A model generated the notes under the pieces. It was not told the origin of the DNA and made no database searches. It worked only from the letters and a program-made list of their open reading frames with translations. Below, in pieces: positions 9,264-19,302 of a DNA stretch of 64,000 nucleotides; the first letter of the stretch is position 1; each line of letters opens with the position of its first letter. Source of the stretch: an uncultured Reyranella sp. (GTDB lineage: Bacteria > Pseudomonadota > Alphaproteobacteria > Reyranellales > Reyranellaceae). Where the stretch lies: positions 5,482 through 69,481 of the forward strand of contig CAZPOS010000002.1 of NCBI GenBank assembly GCA_964588065.1, written 5' to 3'. The translations under genes and the position numbers were made by a program.

Positions 9264-10513
9264 CAGATCACCCTCTCCCGTCGCGCGAAGGCGCCAGCCA
9301 CGGATTGCAGCAGCACGCTCTGTTCCCGGTCCCAATTGTAGCGCTCGCGTCCCAGCGCCCAAGCGGCCTGCGAAGCCTCGGCAAGCAAGGCGGTCGAGGC
9401 AAGCGCGTCGAGAGTGGCTGCCAACCCCGCCGGATCGTCCAGGCTGCACAGCCTCGCTGCAGGCCCCAGGTCAGGAGTCAGCAAACTCTGCGCCGGCGTA
9501 TCGCTCATGATGACGGGAACGCCAGCGAGCAGGTAGGTGAAGATCTTGTTGGTGAGGCAGATGCGGCGATTTTCGCTGACGTCGGTCTCCAGCGACAGGC
9601 CGATGTCGTACGCCGCCGCCAAGCGGACCATTTCGGAGGGAGGCGCCATCGGAAGAAGACGCACCCGGTCTCCAAGGCCGAGCGAAGCCGCCAGAGTCAT
9701 GAGCGCGTCGCCGTGCCCCCATCGATTGCTGCCCCTGATATCGAGCGTCACCCGCGTCGTCGCGAATGACATCGCCTTGATGAACGACTGCAGGCCGCGA
9801 TCGAGTCCGATCGTCTGCGAGAACCAATACGCGCGCAGAGACTCCGCCTGCTCCGACGTGCGGGCGTGCCGTCCAAGATCCGGTGCCATCGACAGCGGAA
9901 AGACGTTCAGCACTGTCGCCGGAAAGGCCAATCCGTAGCTTTCCGCATAGGCCTTGCCGATCAACGGCGCCGCCGCCGTCATATGCGCGCAGGATGGCAG
10001 GATGGCCTGCTCCACCGTCCTGATCATCTTCATACGGAAAGCGTCGCCCGGCCCATCGGTGCCTTCGCCCGAATGAAAATCCTCGGCGTCGAAACCAATC
10101 AGGGCATTATGGCGATGCGCCGCCGTGGCAACGGCCGGAAGGGCCGCCACGTAGTGTGCGATGTAGAGGTCGGCTGGCACGTCCCGGGCGCGTCGCATGA
10201 GGGCGCCGACGGGTGTGCGGGCACTCAGGGCTGCGATGTTGGCGGGAACGGGAATGCCCAGCGCCTCGAGCGTCCGGGCAAGCCCCTCGAACGCGCGTGC
10301 TCGAAGACCTTCACCGCGTGAGCGGGGAACCCTGATCACTTTCCACGGGACCGAATTCTCGATCGCGTCGTCGGCGGGCCGCAGCACTTCATTGTAGTCG
10401 CAGACGATCGCGGTGACGTCATAGCCTGCGCCGTGCAGTGCGTCGGCCTCCTTCAATACCCGCGGATTGGAAGCGAGATTGCCCGGACTGACGATACAAA
10501 CCGCGCGGCGCAT
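9263..10513 (-). CDS. GT-B fold glycosyltransferase
   Basis: NPRVLKEA, FDAEDFH and LTNKIFTYLLAGVP motifs. Confidence 0.85.
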   Translation of the reverse strand: MRRAVCIVSPGNLASNPRVLKEADALHGAGYDVTAIVCDYNEVLRPADDAIENSVPWKVIRVPRSRGEGLRARAFEGLARTLEALGIPVPANIAALSARTPVGALMRRARDVPADLYIAHYVAALPAVATAAHRHNALIGFDAEDFHSGEGTDGPGDAFRMKMIRTVEQAILPSCAHMTAAAPLIGKAYAESYGLAFPATVLNVFPLSMAPDLGRHARTSEQAESLRAYWFSQTIGLDRGLQSFIKAMSFATTRVTLDIRGSNRWGHGDALMTLAASLGLGDRVRLLPMAPPSEMVRLAAAYDIGLSLETDVSENRRICLTNKIFTYLLAGVPVIMSDTPAQSLLTPDLGPAARLCSLDDPAGLAATLDALASTALLAEASQAAWALGRERYNWDREQSVLLQSVAGAFARRERVI

Positions 10514-10524
10514 TGGGGCGGCGC

Positions 10525-11811
10525 TCAGCCGTGCTCCGCCGATTTGGGCTCTATGCGAAGCGCCGAAGCCAGTTGCATGGCGATGATGCCTTGTCCCAAA
10601 TTCTGCCTGAAATCGTAGGCTATGCCGCCCGGGCTCGAGGCCGCGACGCTGAACGGAATTGCATTGCCGACGGCATGGTCGACGACGATGGTGAGCGAGT
10701 TCGTCGAGATGTCGAAGCTGTACTCTCCCGAAGCCAGAAAGAGTGGCTGGAGGCTCAGCGTGCAGACGTGGCGTCCCCTGCTGGGAAGGGCGGTCTGCGA
10801 GAATATGGTCGACGAATAAAATCCCACAGGAAGGTTGTTGGCGTCACGCAGTTGGAGTTCAAGCCCCAGCCCGGGCATGTCCGTCGTCTCGACTTCGATG
10901 CGGAGATTGAATGGCTTTCCCGGCTCGTAGAACTCGGTGGGCAATCCCTCTGCATCGAGCAGTTCGGCCGAAAGAATCGCGGAGTGGTGGCCGCGTCCCC
11001 AGTCCCGGGCCACTTTACCCCTGCTCAATGAAGCCGAATACCGGGCGATGGCGCTGTCGATCGCGCCGTCGAAGATCACCTGACCTCCCTTGAGGACGAT
11101 GCCGCGGCGGGTCAGAGCCGCCACGGCTGCGAGATTGTGGCTGACGAACAGCACGGTCCGTCCGGCGCTCGCGACTGCGGACATGCGGTCCATGCATCGC
11201 TTCTGAAATTCCGCGTCGCCTACCGCGAGCACCTCGTCGACAAACAGAATCTCGGTTTCCAGATGGGCGGCCACCGAGAAGGCCAGCCTCATGTACATGC
11301 CGACGGAGTAGCGCTTGACCGGCGTGTCGATGAACTTCTCGACTCCGGAGAAATCGACGATCTCGTCGAAGCGAGCAAGCACCTCCTGCCGCGTCATCCC
11401 GAGAATCGCGCCGTTCAGGAAGATATTCTCACGCCCTGTCAGCTCCTGGTGGAATCCAGTACCGACCTCGAGAAGGCTCGCGACCCGTCCATTGAGCTCG
11501 ACACGCCCCAATGTGGGTTCGAGAATGCGCGAGAGGATCTTGAGCAGGGTGGACTTCCCTGCCCCGTTGTGGCCGATGATGCTGACGACCTCGCCACGCC
11601 TGATCTCGAAATCGACGTCGCGCAGCGCCCAGAACTCTTCGACCTCGTCACCCTCGATGACGGCACGGCCGCTCAGCATGTCCCTGCCTCGGCGCACGAG
11701 TCCCCTTGCGCCTCGCATCAGGGCCTCCCCCAAGATCGCGGAGTACTCGACCTTGTGTCCGATGATGAACTTCTTGCCGAGCTTCTCGGCGCGAATGACG
11801 ACTTCGGACAT
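10525..11811 (-). CDS. wzt: polysaccharide ABC exporter ATPase with C-terminal Wzt_C-like domain
   Basis: Walker A GHNGAGKST, signature YSVGM, DEVLAVGD, VSH motif; start ATG at 11811. Confidence 0.92.
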   Translation of the reverse strand: MSEVVIRAEKLGKKFIIGHKVEYSAILGEALMRGARGLVRRGRDMLSGRAVIEGDEVEEFWALRDVDFEIRRGEVVSIIGHNGAGKSTLLKILSRILEPTLGRVELNGRVASLLEVGTGFHQELTGRENIFLNGAILGMTRQEVLARFDEIVDFSGVEKFIDTPVKRYSVGMYMRLAFSVAAHLETEILFVDEVLAVGDAEFQKRCMDRMSAVASAGRTVLFVSHNLAAVAALTRRGIVLKGGQVIFDGAIDSAIARYSASLSRGKVARDWGRGHHSAILSAELLDAEGLPTEFYEPGKPFNLRIEVETTDMPGLGLELQLRDANNLPVGFYSSTIFSQTALPSRGRHVCTLSLQPLFLASGEYSFDISTNSLTIVVDHAVGNAIPFSVAASSPGGIAYDFRQNLGQGIIAMQLASALRIEPKSAEHG

Positions 11812-11813
11812 GG

Positions 11814-12656
11814 TCAGATCAGATCCGCAAAGCCGCGCTCGGTGCGGCGGAACGTGTGGATGCCGAGCCAGAGCATGCCGGCAGCCACAACGATGCTCAC
11901 CGCAAATCCCGGCAGATAGAGCGGACTGTCGCCCCCCAAGATGGCCCAGCGAAACCCGTCGATCACGCCCACCATGGGATTCATGCTGTAGAGGAGCTGC
12001 CATTCCGGCGGCACGACGCGGGCGGAGAAGCCGACCGGCGAGACGTAGAGACCGATCTGAACGACGAAGGGGATGACGAAGCGGAAGTCGCGATACTTCA
12101 CGATGGTCGCGGCCGCCCACAGCGCCGGGCCGAGAGCCACCAGAAGGGCGAGCAGGACGAACACCGGCAGCAGCAGGATGTGCCAGTCGGGCACCATCCC
12201 GTACCACGCCATGACGCCTGCGAGAATGACGAGGCTGACGCCGAAGTCGACCAGGGCAACCATCACCGTGGCCAGCGGAATGATGATCCGCGGGAAGTAA
12301 ACCTTGCTGACGAGTTGCGAGTTCGTCAGCACGCTGTTGGATGCGTCCGTCAGGATGGAGGTGGCGAGCGTCCATGGCAGAAGGCCGGCAAAGACCAGTA
12401 CCGCATAGGGCGCATCCCCTTCGGTCGGTAGCTTTGCCAGCCGTCCGAACACGACCGTGAAGACGACCATCGTCATGAATGGCCGCACGAACGCCCAGGC
12501 GACCCCGATGACCGTCTGCTTGTAGCGCACCGAGACGTCGCGCCAAGCCAGGATGAAGAACAGCTCCCGGTAGCGCCAGAGGTCGCTCCAATACTGGCGG
12601 TCGGCGCGCCCCGCTTCGAGGATCAGACGCTGGGAGGGGCGATCATTTGTCATCAT
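11814..12656 (-). CDS. wzm: polysaccharide ABC exporter permease
   Basis: RYKQTVIGVAW, KVYFPR and NPMVGVIDGFR motifs. Confidence 0.92.
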   Translation of the reverse strand: MMTNDRPSQRLILEAGRADRQYWSDLWRYRELFFILAWRDVSVRYKQTVIGVAWAFVRPFMTMVVFTVVFGRLAKLPTEGDAPYAVLVFAGLLPWTLATSILTDASNSVLTNSQLVSKVYFPRIIIPLATVMVALVDFGVSLVILAGVMAWYGMVPDWHILLLPVFVLLALLVALGPALWAAATIVKYRDFRFVIPFVVQIGLYVSPVGFSARVVPPEWQLLYSMNPMVGVIDGFRWAILGGDSPLYLPGFAVSIVVAAGMLWLGIHTFRRTERGFADLI

Positions 12657-13753
12657 AGGCCGGAAGTCATACGACGCGGTTGGGAGGCCAAGCGAGCATA
12701 GAGTGCGCGCGCGGCAGCCGCAAAATGCGCGCGGCGATAGGGTTCGACGGCCGCCGGATCGGCCCGGCCGCGATGCAATTGTTGTTCGATCGCCCCCATC
12801 AGCGCCAGCCGGTCGGCCGGATCTACGATGACGCCGACGCGCTCGTCGGGAATGGCGTCGCCGGTGCCGCCGCCCTTGCCGCCCACGACCCGCAGGCCGC
12901 ACGCGGCGGCTTCGAGATAGACGATCCCGAACCCTTCTTCCGTGCTCGGCATCACATAGAGGTCGGCCAGCCGGTACAGATCGGGCAGTTCGGCATCTGG
13001 CACGAAACCGAGGAAACGGACGGCCCCCGGCGCCAGCGCCTCGGCGATGGATTCGAGGCGCCGCTTGTCGTCGCCGTCTCCCGCGACGACGTGGATCAGG
13101 TCGGGAAACTTCGCGCGCAGGCCCGCCAATACGGAAAAGATGGCCTCGTGCCCCTTGTAGCGCTCGTTCGAAGCGAGGCGTCCGACGGTCAGCAGGATCG
13201 GGCCCTTGCCGAGCTTTAGCCGCTCGCGCAAGCCCGCCGCAGGTGGACCAGGAGTGAAGACGTCCTGCACCGTATCGGGAAGGACACGCACCCGCTCCGG
13301 CGGCAGGTCGACCCAGGCCAACAAGATGCGGCGGGTCTCCCGGCTGACCGTGGTCGCAAGGTCTGCGTATCCGATCAGACGCCGCACGAGGCCGCGACGG
13401 TCCTTCCACACGTCGGTGCCGTGAGCCTGCACCCAGTAACGCGCACCGAACGCGCGGGCCAGTAGAAAGCCCAACGGTGCCATGAAGACGTGCCCGCAGA
13501 ATACAGTGTCGAAGGGCCGAAAGCGATAAGCGGCGACGATCGCCGCCACCGAGTATCTCAGACGGCCGAACAGTGGCGGCGCTTGGTGCACACCTTGCGG
13601 AAGCGCTTTGCCGCTTGCATCACCAAGGCGCGGCAGGATCAGAATTTCCGTGCTGCCCTCGGCGAGGGCCTCGAACAGATCCTGATTGTAACGCGCGATA
13701 CCGCCGCGCGCGCCATAGCAGTCACCCACGAGAGCAAGAATGCGGGACCCCAT
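12653..13753 (-). CDS. glycosyltransferase family 4
   Basis: GGIARYN, VGRLASNERYKG and EGFGIVYLEAAACG motifs. Confidence 0.92.
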   Translation of the reverse strand: MGSRILALVGDCYGARGGIARYNQDLFEALAEGSTEILILPRLGDASGKALPQGVHQAPPLFGRLRYSVAAIVAAYRFRPFDTVFCGHVFMAPLGFLLARAFGARYWVQAHGTDVWKDRRGLVRRLIGYADLATTVSRETRRILLAWVDLPPERVRVLPDTVQDVFTPGPPAAGLRERLKLGKGPILLTVGRLASNERYKGHEAIFSVLAGLRAKFPDLIHVVAGDGDDKRRLESIAEALAPGAVRFLGFVPDAELPDLYRLADLYVMPSTEEGFGIVYLEAAACGLRVVGGKGGGTGDAIPDERVGVIVDPADRLALMGAIEQQLHRGRADPAAVEPYRRAHFAAAARALYARLASQPRRMTSGL

Positions 13754-13761
13754 CGCGTCGC

Positions 13762-15597
13762 TCAGGCCGCGGCCGGCCCGGACCAGCCAGCGCGCCACAC
13801 TTCGCGCGCCCAAGCGCGCGATGCCGCTGAAAGATCGATGCCCGGCTGCCGCCTGGTGCCAGTCGCTTCATGCAACCACCGTCCCACCGGTGTCGAGAAC
13901 CCCGTCTTGCGCCGGTGACGGACCTCGTCCGGGAGCGACGGTTCGGGAACTTCCGCGATCGCATCCTTGGCATTCACGTCCGCCAGAAGCGTCCCCGCGG
14001 GCAATGCGGCCAGGAAGAAGGCATCGACGAACGGCACCCGAATCTCGATTCCATGAGCCATACCCGCCCAGTCCGCGTCGCGCAGCAGCTGGTTGCGCAT
14101 GTAGAGCGAAGTCTCGAGTGCTGCCACGAGATCGAAGTCGCCCAGCTTACGCCCGGATTTTACCGAGGCTGCGATACGGCTGAGCGGCGCCAGTCGACGC
14201 ATCCCCTCCTCGACCAGCGCGGGGTCGAGCACCTCGTCGAGTTCCCACGGCATGTAGACGCTGCGCCGAAGCAGGTAGGCGCCCGGCCAAGTGCCCCCAT
14301 ACTGCAGCACGCCGGCTGCCTTGGGATGCAGGGGCACCCCGGCAGCGATTGCCCTCGAAAGGACACGACGTACCAGCGGCCCCAGCCCAGGCAACCAGGT
14401 GACGGGACGGAGCCAGTGGACGCTGCGCGGCACATCCTTGAAGGATGGGTATCCTCCAAAGCACTCGTCGGCACCCAGGCCACTCAGCGCAACCTTCATC
14501 CCGGCCTCGCGCGCGGCCTTGGCCACGAACCAGGTGTTGATTCCGTCGACGGTGGGCAGATCCATCGCGTCCAGCAAGGCCGGGAGATCGCGCTCGAACT
14601 CCGCCCGATCGACCGTTCGCACGACGTGACGCGCGCCATACCGGGCGGCGACCTTGGCCGCCAAGGGCACTTCGTCGAGCGGTTGTCCCTCGAACTCCTG
14701 AAAGCCCAGAGTTACGGCGGTGATGTCGCGTACCCCCAGACCGCTCATGGTGCCCAGGAGCGCTCCGGAATCGATGCCGGCGGACAGGAAGACGGCGACC
14801 GGCACGTCCGCAATGAGGTGATGTCGAACGGAATCGCGCACCGCATCGGTGATCCGGGCGCGGACGTCGCCTGCCGAGACCCGCAATGCGGCCCGTGCTC
14901 CCAATGCGCTCGCGATGTCGTAATAGCGCTGCGGTATGCCGGGTCCCGCGGCATCAACGGCGAGCGTGGTTCCAGCGGGAAGGCATTGAATCCCGCGCCA
15001 CACGGTGAACGGCTCGGGCACGCTGCCAAGAAGATGGAAGCCCACGATGCCGGCGGGGTCCGGATCCCGCGATATGGCGCCGCCCGCAAGAAGTGCTTTG
15101 GCCTGAGAAGCAAACCGAAGCGTCCAGCCATCATCGGCCCAGTAGAGCGGCTTGATGCCGAGAGGGTCGCGCGCCAGGAGCAATGTCCGCCGTTCAGCGT
15201 CCCAGATGCCGAAGGCGAACATGCCTCGCAACCGCCCGACCATCTCTGCCCCATGCACCGCGTAGAGCTGTAACAGCACTTCGGTGTCGGACTCGCTGCT
15301 GAATATGCAGCCGGTCGCCTGCAGTTCGGAGCGCAGTTCCCGATAGTTGTAGATCTCGCCGTTGAAGGTGATCGTGAAGCGGCCGTCGGCCGTCTGCATC
15401 GGCTGTGCGCCGCCTTCGGAGAGATCGATGATGGCCAGCCGCCGATGCGCAAAGCCCGTACGACCGTCTTCGTTCAGCCAGAGGCCGCTGCCGTCCGGGC
15501 CCCGCGGGACCATGCGCTCGTTCATGCGTGCCAGTTCGGCCCGGTCGACCGGCGGCGCCACATCGAGATAGGCGTGGATCCCTGCTATACCGCACAT
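13762..15597 (-). CDS. asnB: asparagine synthase-like glutamine amidotransferase (probably amidates sugars)
   Basis: N-terminal MCGIAG, HRRLAIID, FNGEIYN, LSAGIDS and GADECFGGY motifs. Confidence 0.92.
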   Translation of the reverse strand: MCGIAGIHAYLDVAPPVDRAELARMNERMVPRGPDGSGLWLNEDGRTGFAHRRLAIIDLSEGGAQPMQTADGRFTITFNGEIYNYRELRSELQATGCIFSSESDTEVLLQLYAVHGAEMVGRLRGMFAFGIWDAERRTLLLARDPLGIKPLYWADDGWTLRFASQAKALLAGGAISRDPDPAGIVGFHLLGSVPEPFTVWRGIQCLPAGTTLAVDAAGPGIPQRYYDIASALGARAALRVSAGDVRARITDAVRDSVRHHLIADVPVAVFLSAGIDSGALLGTMSGLGVRDITAVTLGFQEFEGQPLDEVPLAAKVAARYGARHVVRTVDRAEFERDLPALLDAMDLPTVDGINTWFVAKAAREAGMKVALSGLGADECFGGYPSFKDVPRSVHWLRPVTWLPGLGPLVRRVLSRAIAAGVPLHPKAAGVLQYGGTWPGAYLLRRSVYMPWELDEVLDPALVEEGMRRLAPLSRIAASVKSGRKLGDFDLVAALETSLYMRNQLLRDADWAGMAHGIEIRVPFVDAFFLAALPAGTLLADVNAKDAIAEVPEPSLPDEVRHRRKTGFSTPVGRWLHEATGTRRQPGIDLSAASRAWAREVWRAGWSGPAAA

Positions 15598-15612
15598 GTC
15601 GTTGGACGACTC

Positions 15613-16938
15613 CTACCGCGCACCGGTGCCATGGAGCACCACGGCGAATGTCCGCAGCACGATAACCAGATCGAGCCAAAGCGAGCAGTGCTTCAGATAG
15701 TAGAGGTCGTATTCGAGCTTCGACCTCATCGCATCGGCCTCGTAGGCGTAGCCTTGGTTGACCTGAGCCCAGCCGGTGATACCCGGCCGCACGATGCCCC
15801 GCAGGGCGAAGTACTCGATATCGCGGACATATCCCTCTTCGAGCGAGGCCGCCTCGGGCCGGGGGCCAACCCAGCTCATGTCGCCCTTCAGGATATTGAA
15901 AAGCTGCGGCAGCTCGTCGAGCCGGCAGAGCCGCAGGAAGTGGCCGCTGCGCGTGATGCGCGGATCAGCCGAGGTCGTGAAACTGGGCCCGGGAACACCG
16001 ACGAACATCGTGCGGAACTTGATCATACGGAACGGCCGACCGCGCCGGCCGATACGGGTCTGCAGAAAGAAAATCGGTCCGGGACTGTCCAGCCGCACGA
16101 TCAGTGCCACGACTGCCAGCACCGGCAGGAATACCGGCATCAGGAGAACGGTCAGGCCCAATTCGACGGCGCGGCGAACGACGAGATACTGCCGCGACGG
16201 CAACAGCGAACCGAATTCGTTGGGTGACAGGCCACTGAGCGGCGTCCGCCCCGTCATCGTCTCGACCACGTATCGCCGATCCAGCACCGGGACCCCCGCG
16301 ATGGCCGCATTGGCCAAGCCCGCGAGGGTCCCCTCCTCAAGTTCGCCTCCGAGATCTGCAACGATGGCGTCGACTCTCAGGCCGCGACGACGCACGTCGT
16401 CAAAGTCGAGCCAGCGGCAGGTCGGAAGTTTCGGCATCAGGGAAATCGCCGATCGTGGGGTTACGGCGTAGTTGCGGACCAGGTATCGCCCCCGGAGTTC
16501 TGCAACCACCGCCATCCACAGCACTGTGAGGATGCCGCTTCCAAACAGCTGGACGCGCGAATAATCGAGGCGCAGCAACAGCAGTACCGCCGCGATCAGC
16601 GCGTAGGTGATGACGGCGACGGGCGCGACGTGCGCGATGCTGACGCCGGTGCCAGGAAACGCGTCCAGTCGCCGGCCACAGTACCAGACCGTCACGTAGG
16701 CGACGGCGGTCACCAGGATCGTGAGCTCCGAAGCATCGAACGGACCGATGAAGGGCTCGTCATTGGCATAGATCGGTATGGGAAGCACGACGCAGAACAG
16801 GAATCCCAGGACCGCGTCGACCCATGTTTCGATGAAGCGCTGGGGTGCCGAGCGCATGCGCGGCGTGGCGCTCGTCCGCCCATTGTCGGGCGACACGCCG
16901 GCCCCGGTCGTGACATGTCTTTGCACGCCGATTCTCAC
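15613..16938 (-). CDS. undecaprenyl-phosphate glycosyl-phosphotransferase (priming sugar transferase); start may be 16857
   Basis: Four N-terminal TM helices; KFRTM, LDELPQLFN, VGPRPE and RPGITGWAQV motifs. Confidence 0.92.
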   Translation of the reverse strand: MRIGVQRHVTTGAGVSPDNGRTSATPRMRSAPQRFIETWVDAVLGFLFCVVLPIPIYANDEPFIGPFDASELTILVTAVAYVTVWYCGRRLDAFPGTGVSIAHVAPVAVITYALIAAVLLLLRLDYSRVQLFGSGILTVLWMAVVAELRGRYLVRNYAVTPRSAISLMPKLPTCRWLDFDDVRRRGLRVDAIVADLGGELEEGTLAGLANAAIAGVPVLDRRYVVETMTGRTPLSGLSPNEFGSLLPSRQYLVVRRAVELGLTVLLMPVFLPVLAVVALIVRLDSPGPIFFLQTRIGRRGRPFRMIKFRTMFVGVPGPSFTTSADPRITRSGHFLRLCRLDELPQLFNILKGDMSWVGPRPEAASLEEGYVRDIEYFALRGIVRPGITGWAQVNQGYAYEADAMRSKLEYDLYYLKHCSLWLDLVIVLRTFAVVLHGTGAR

Positions 16939-17044
16939 ATTATTTTCGGGCCGCTTCCCCAGAAACGGCCAGACCCACGTTATTCAATGCGCAAAATAAT
17001 CATTCTACTTTGCACACCCAAGGGAATAATTGCATCTCAAATGC

Positions 17045-18547
17045 TTATTTTGTCAAGGTCTTCGCTCGTCGCCCGGGTTCCGCCTGGTCTCGCCGACCGA
17101 ATGACTGTGCCCAACCCATTCCAAGCAGGGCGGCGGTAACAAAGCCGATTGCCGGTATCTGAAGGCTGAAATCAACCAGCGAATGGAGAATGGACACCGC
17201 CGCGGTCGCAAAGGCAGCCGCAGGCAGGTATCGCCGCGACGGACGACGTGTCAGGGCGCCGCGAAGGCACACGCTCCAGGGTAACAGGACGATCAGAAAC
17301 GCTGGGATTGCGGCGATCACGCCAAGTTCGACGACCGTTTCCAGCGGGGTGGAATGCGCGATGTCGTTGGGCTGCAGACTGTCGGAAGGTTGCAGGATCG
17401 CGAATACGTCGCCGAAGCCGCCCAGCCCCCACCCCACCCAGGGTGACATTCTGATCGCCTCGATGGCCGCTGACCATATACGCAAGCGCGATGCATCGTC
17501 GGAGGCAGCCGAGAACTTGGCGACCAAAGCATTGCCGGCGACGATCCCCACGACCAGAAGCGCCACAATGCCCAGAATGACGATCGCCCCGCCCCGGGTG
17601 CGGGAAATCCAGCGGCCCCTCATCATCAGCAGCCCGAGAATGAGCATGCCTGCCAGAGATGCGCCCGCTCCCGCGCGCGACGCGGAAATCAGCAGGCCGC
17701 CCAGCATCAGCACGACGACCGACAGAAGGACCACACGGGGTGTCGTCAGCCAGTCGATGAACCGGGTCTCCTCTTCCTCGCGGTAACCATAGGTCGTGGA
17801 GTCGCGCTTACGGCCGCCTCCAAAGAGCAATGCGAGAGCAGTCACCACGCACATGCCCATGTAGCAGGCAAACGAGTTACTGTTGACGAAGGTCCCGCCC
17901 ATCAGGCAGTGATCGCCGGGATTGAACTCGAACTGCTTGCGCAAGTAACCGCCCAGATAGCAGGAATTGGTCGAAACCTGCATCGCAATGCCGTAACTCA
18001 CGACCAGCACGCCGCTCGCCACGAGCGCGACCAGCAGCCATCTGGCAACGTCGTGATCCCGGCACAGCGCGCGCGCCGTCAGGAAAATCACCGCGCAAAC
18101 AAGGCACTTCAGCATCGAATTGCGCGCCGCGTCGGCCGCGATCGCCGGTATCGGCGCATGCGCCTTGCCAAGAATCTCGGCGGCGCGGTCGAATAGCCAG
18201 GCGTCGGCGGTGAGAGGCGTCCAAGTCGTGGTCTGCCAGAGCGCGAAGAAGGCGAAGAACGTCCAGCAGCCAATCAGCGTCAGCAGGGTCCCGCGTTCCG
18301 TCGTCGCCACGGGACGACGCTCGGGGGCCCCGATGCCGAACGACACGGCTATCGCCATCAGGCCGAACAACAAGCCCAACGGCGCCCACGCCCAGTCCCG
18401 GTTTGCCCCCATGGGCAAAGCAGCCACTCCGACCAGACCAAAGAACAGGAAGACCGTCGCCTTGTCGATCACGAGGCGGGCCAATCCCCGCCAATCGAGC
18501 ACAGAGGATGCCTCCCGTCCGCGGCCCCTGTCGCTCCAGCGGCTCAT
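17045..18547 (-). CDS. O-antigen ligase/Wzy_C family membrane protein
   Basis: GTFVNSNSFA, SASRAG, GWGLGGF, AHSTPLE and LHSLVDFSLQIP motifs. Confidence 0.88.
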   Translation of the reverse strand: MSRWSDRGRGREASSVLDWRGLARLVIDKATVFLFFGLVGVAALPMGANRDWAWAPLGLLFGLMAIAVSFGIGAPERRPVATTERGTLLTLIGCWTFFAFFALWQTTTWTPLTADAWLFDRAAEILGKAHAPIPAIAADAARNSMLKCLVCAVIFLTARALCRDHDVARWLLVALVASGVLVVSYGIAMQVSTNSCYLGGYLRKQFEFNPGDHCLMGGTFVNSNSFACYMGMCVVTALALLFGGGRKRDSTTYGYREEEETRFIDWLTTPRVVLLSVVVLMLGGLLISASRAGAGASLAGMLILGLLMMRGRWISRTRGGAIVILGIVALLVVGIVAGNALVAKFSAASDDASRLRIWSAAIEAIRMSPWVGWGLGGFGDVFAILQPSDSLQPNDIAHSTPLETVVELGVIAAIPAFLIVLLPWSVCLRGALTRRPSRRYLPAAAFATAAVSILHSLVDFSLQIPAIGFVTAALLGMGWAQSFGRRDQAEPGRRAKTLTK

Positions 18548-19269
18548 TGGACCTTGCCCCGCCGTTCCTGCAGCAGCCGCGAGAGGTCTTCCTGCGCTCC
18601 CGGTTCGTTGCGCACGTAATATCGGACGAAGAGCTCGTCGACTGGCGTACGGATGGCATCAGCAAACCATTCGCGGCCTGCCGAGAGTTGCCAGGTGCGT
18701 GCGACGTAGGAGGCAACTTCCTCGCGCTGGGCGACGGTCAGGGCCTGCCAGTGGTCGAGTATCAGTCGCAATCGCGCCGGCCAGAGTGGCAGGAGCATGG
18801 GCGCTGTGTCGATCGACATTAGCAGCGGAGCGACCGACCGCTGGGACGGCCCTTCGAGCGCCATCCTCACCGAGGCGAGCCTGAGCCATGCAATGCCGCG
18901 AGCAGGATCGTTGCCCAAGCCGTCGGTGAGATCGTCCTGCGCGCGCGTCAGCCATTCGGTGCGCTGCGGCCCGGTCGGTGAGAAATTCGGCGACAGGGCC
19001 GCACCTGCAAGCAATTCGGATCGCTGCAGATGTCGGGTGGCCGTAGGGTCGGCAGCAACCGCCCGGTCGAGCGCGTCGATCGCCTCCAGGACCGCGCCGA
19101 GCGAAATCTTATGATCGAGACGAAGCGCCGTGACCGCGCGATCTGCCCGCTGCGCCTGCAACGCGCTCTTCGCCACCGGCCAAGCGAGCCAGACCAGGAG
19201 CGCCCCGCCAACTCCGAGCAGCGCCCGCATCGCCCCATCGATTGAAAAGCCCAGAAATGCCCCCCGCAT
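18544..19269 (-). CDS. hypothetical membrane-anchored helical (TPR-like) protein
   Basis: N-terminal TM segment, DPARGIAWLRLA; overlaps the ligase start. Confidence 0.65.
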   Translation of the reverse strand: MRGAFLGFSIDGAMRALLGVGGALLVWLAWPVAKSALQAQRADRAVTALRLDHKISLGAVLEAIDALDRAVAADPTATRHLQRSELLAGAALSPNFSPTGPQRTEWLTRAQDDLTDGLGNDPARGIAWLRLASVRMALEGPSQRSVAPLLMSIDTAPMLLPLWPARLRLILDHWQALTVAQREEVASYVARTWQLSAGREWFADAIRTPVDELFVRYYVRNEPGAQEDLSRLLQERRGKVQ

Positions 19270-19302
19270 GGTGGGGCAATCAACCGCCGCGGCGCCGCCA
19301 TG

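Noticed and set aside
11296-11310. Wzt signature reads YSVGM rather than YSSGM
   Set aside because: The third signature position is variable and all other ATPase motifs are intact; no evidence of inactivation.
10525-13409. Long N-terminal extensions of wzt (688 aa) and wzm (531 aa)
   Set aside because: Off-frame read-through over upstream genes; domain motifs begin at 11811 and 12656.
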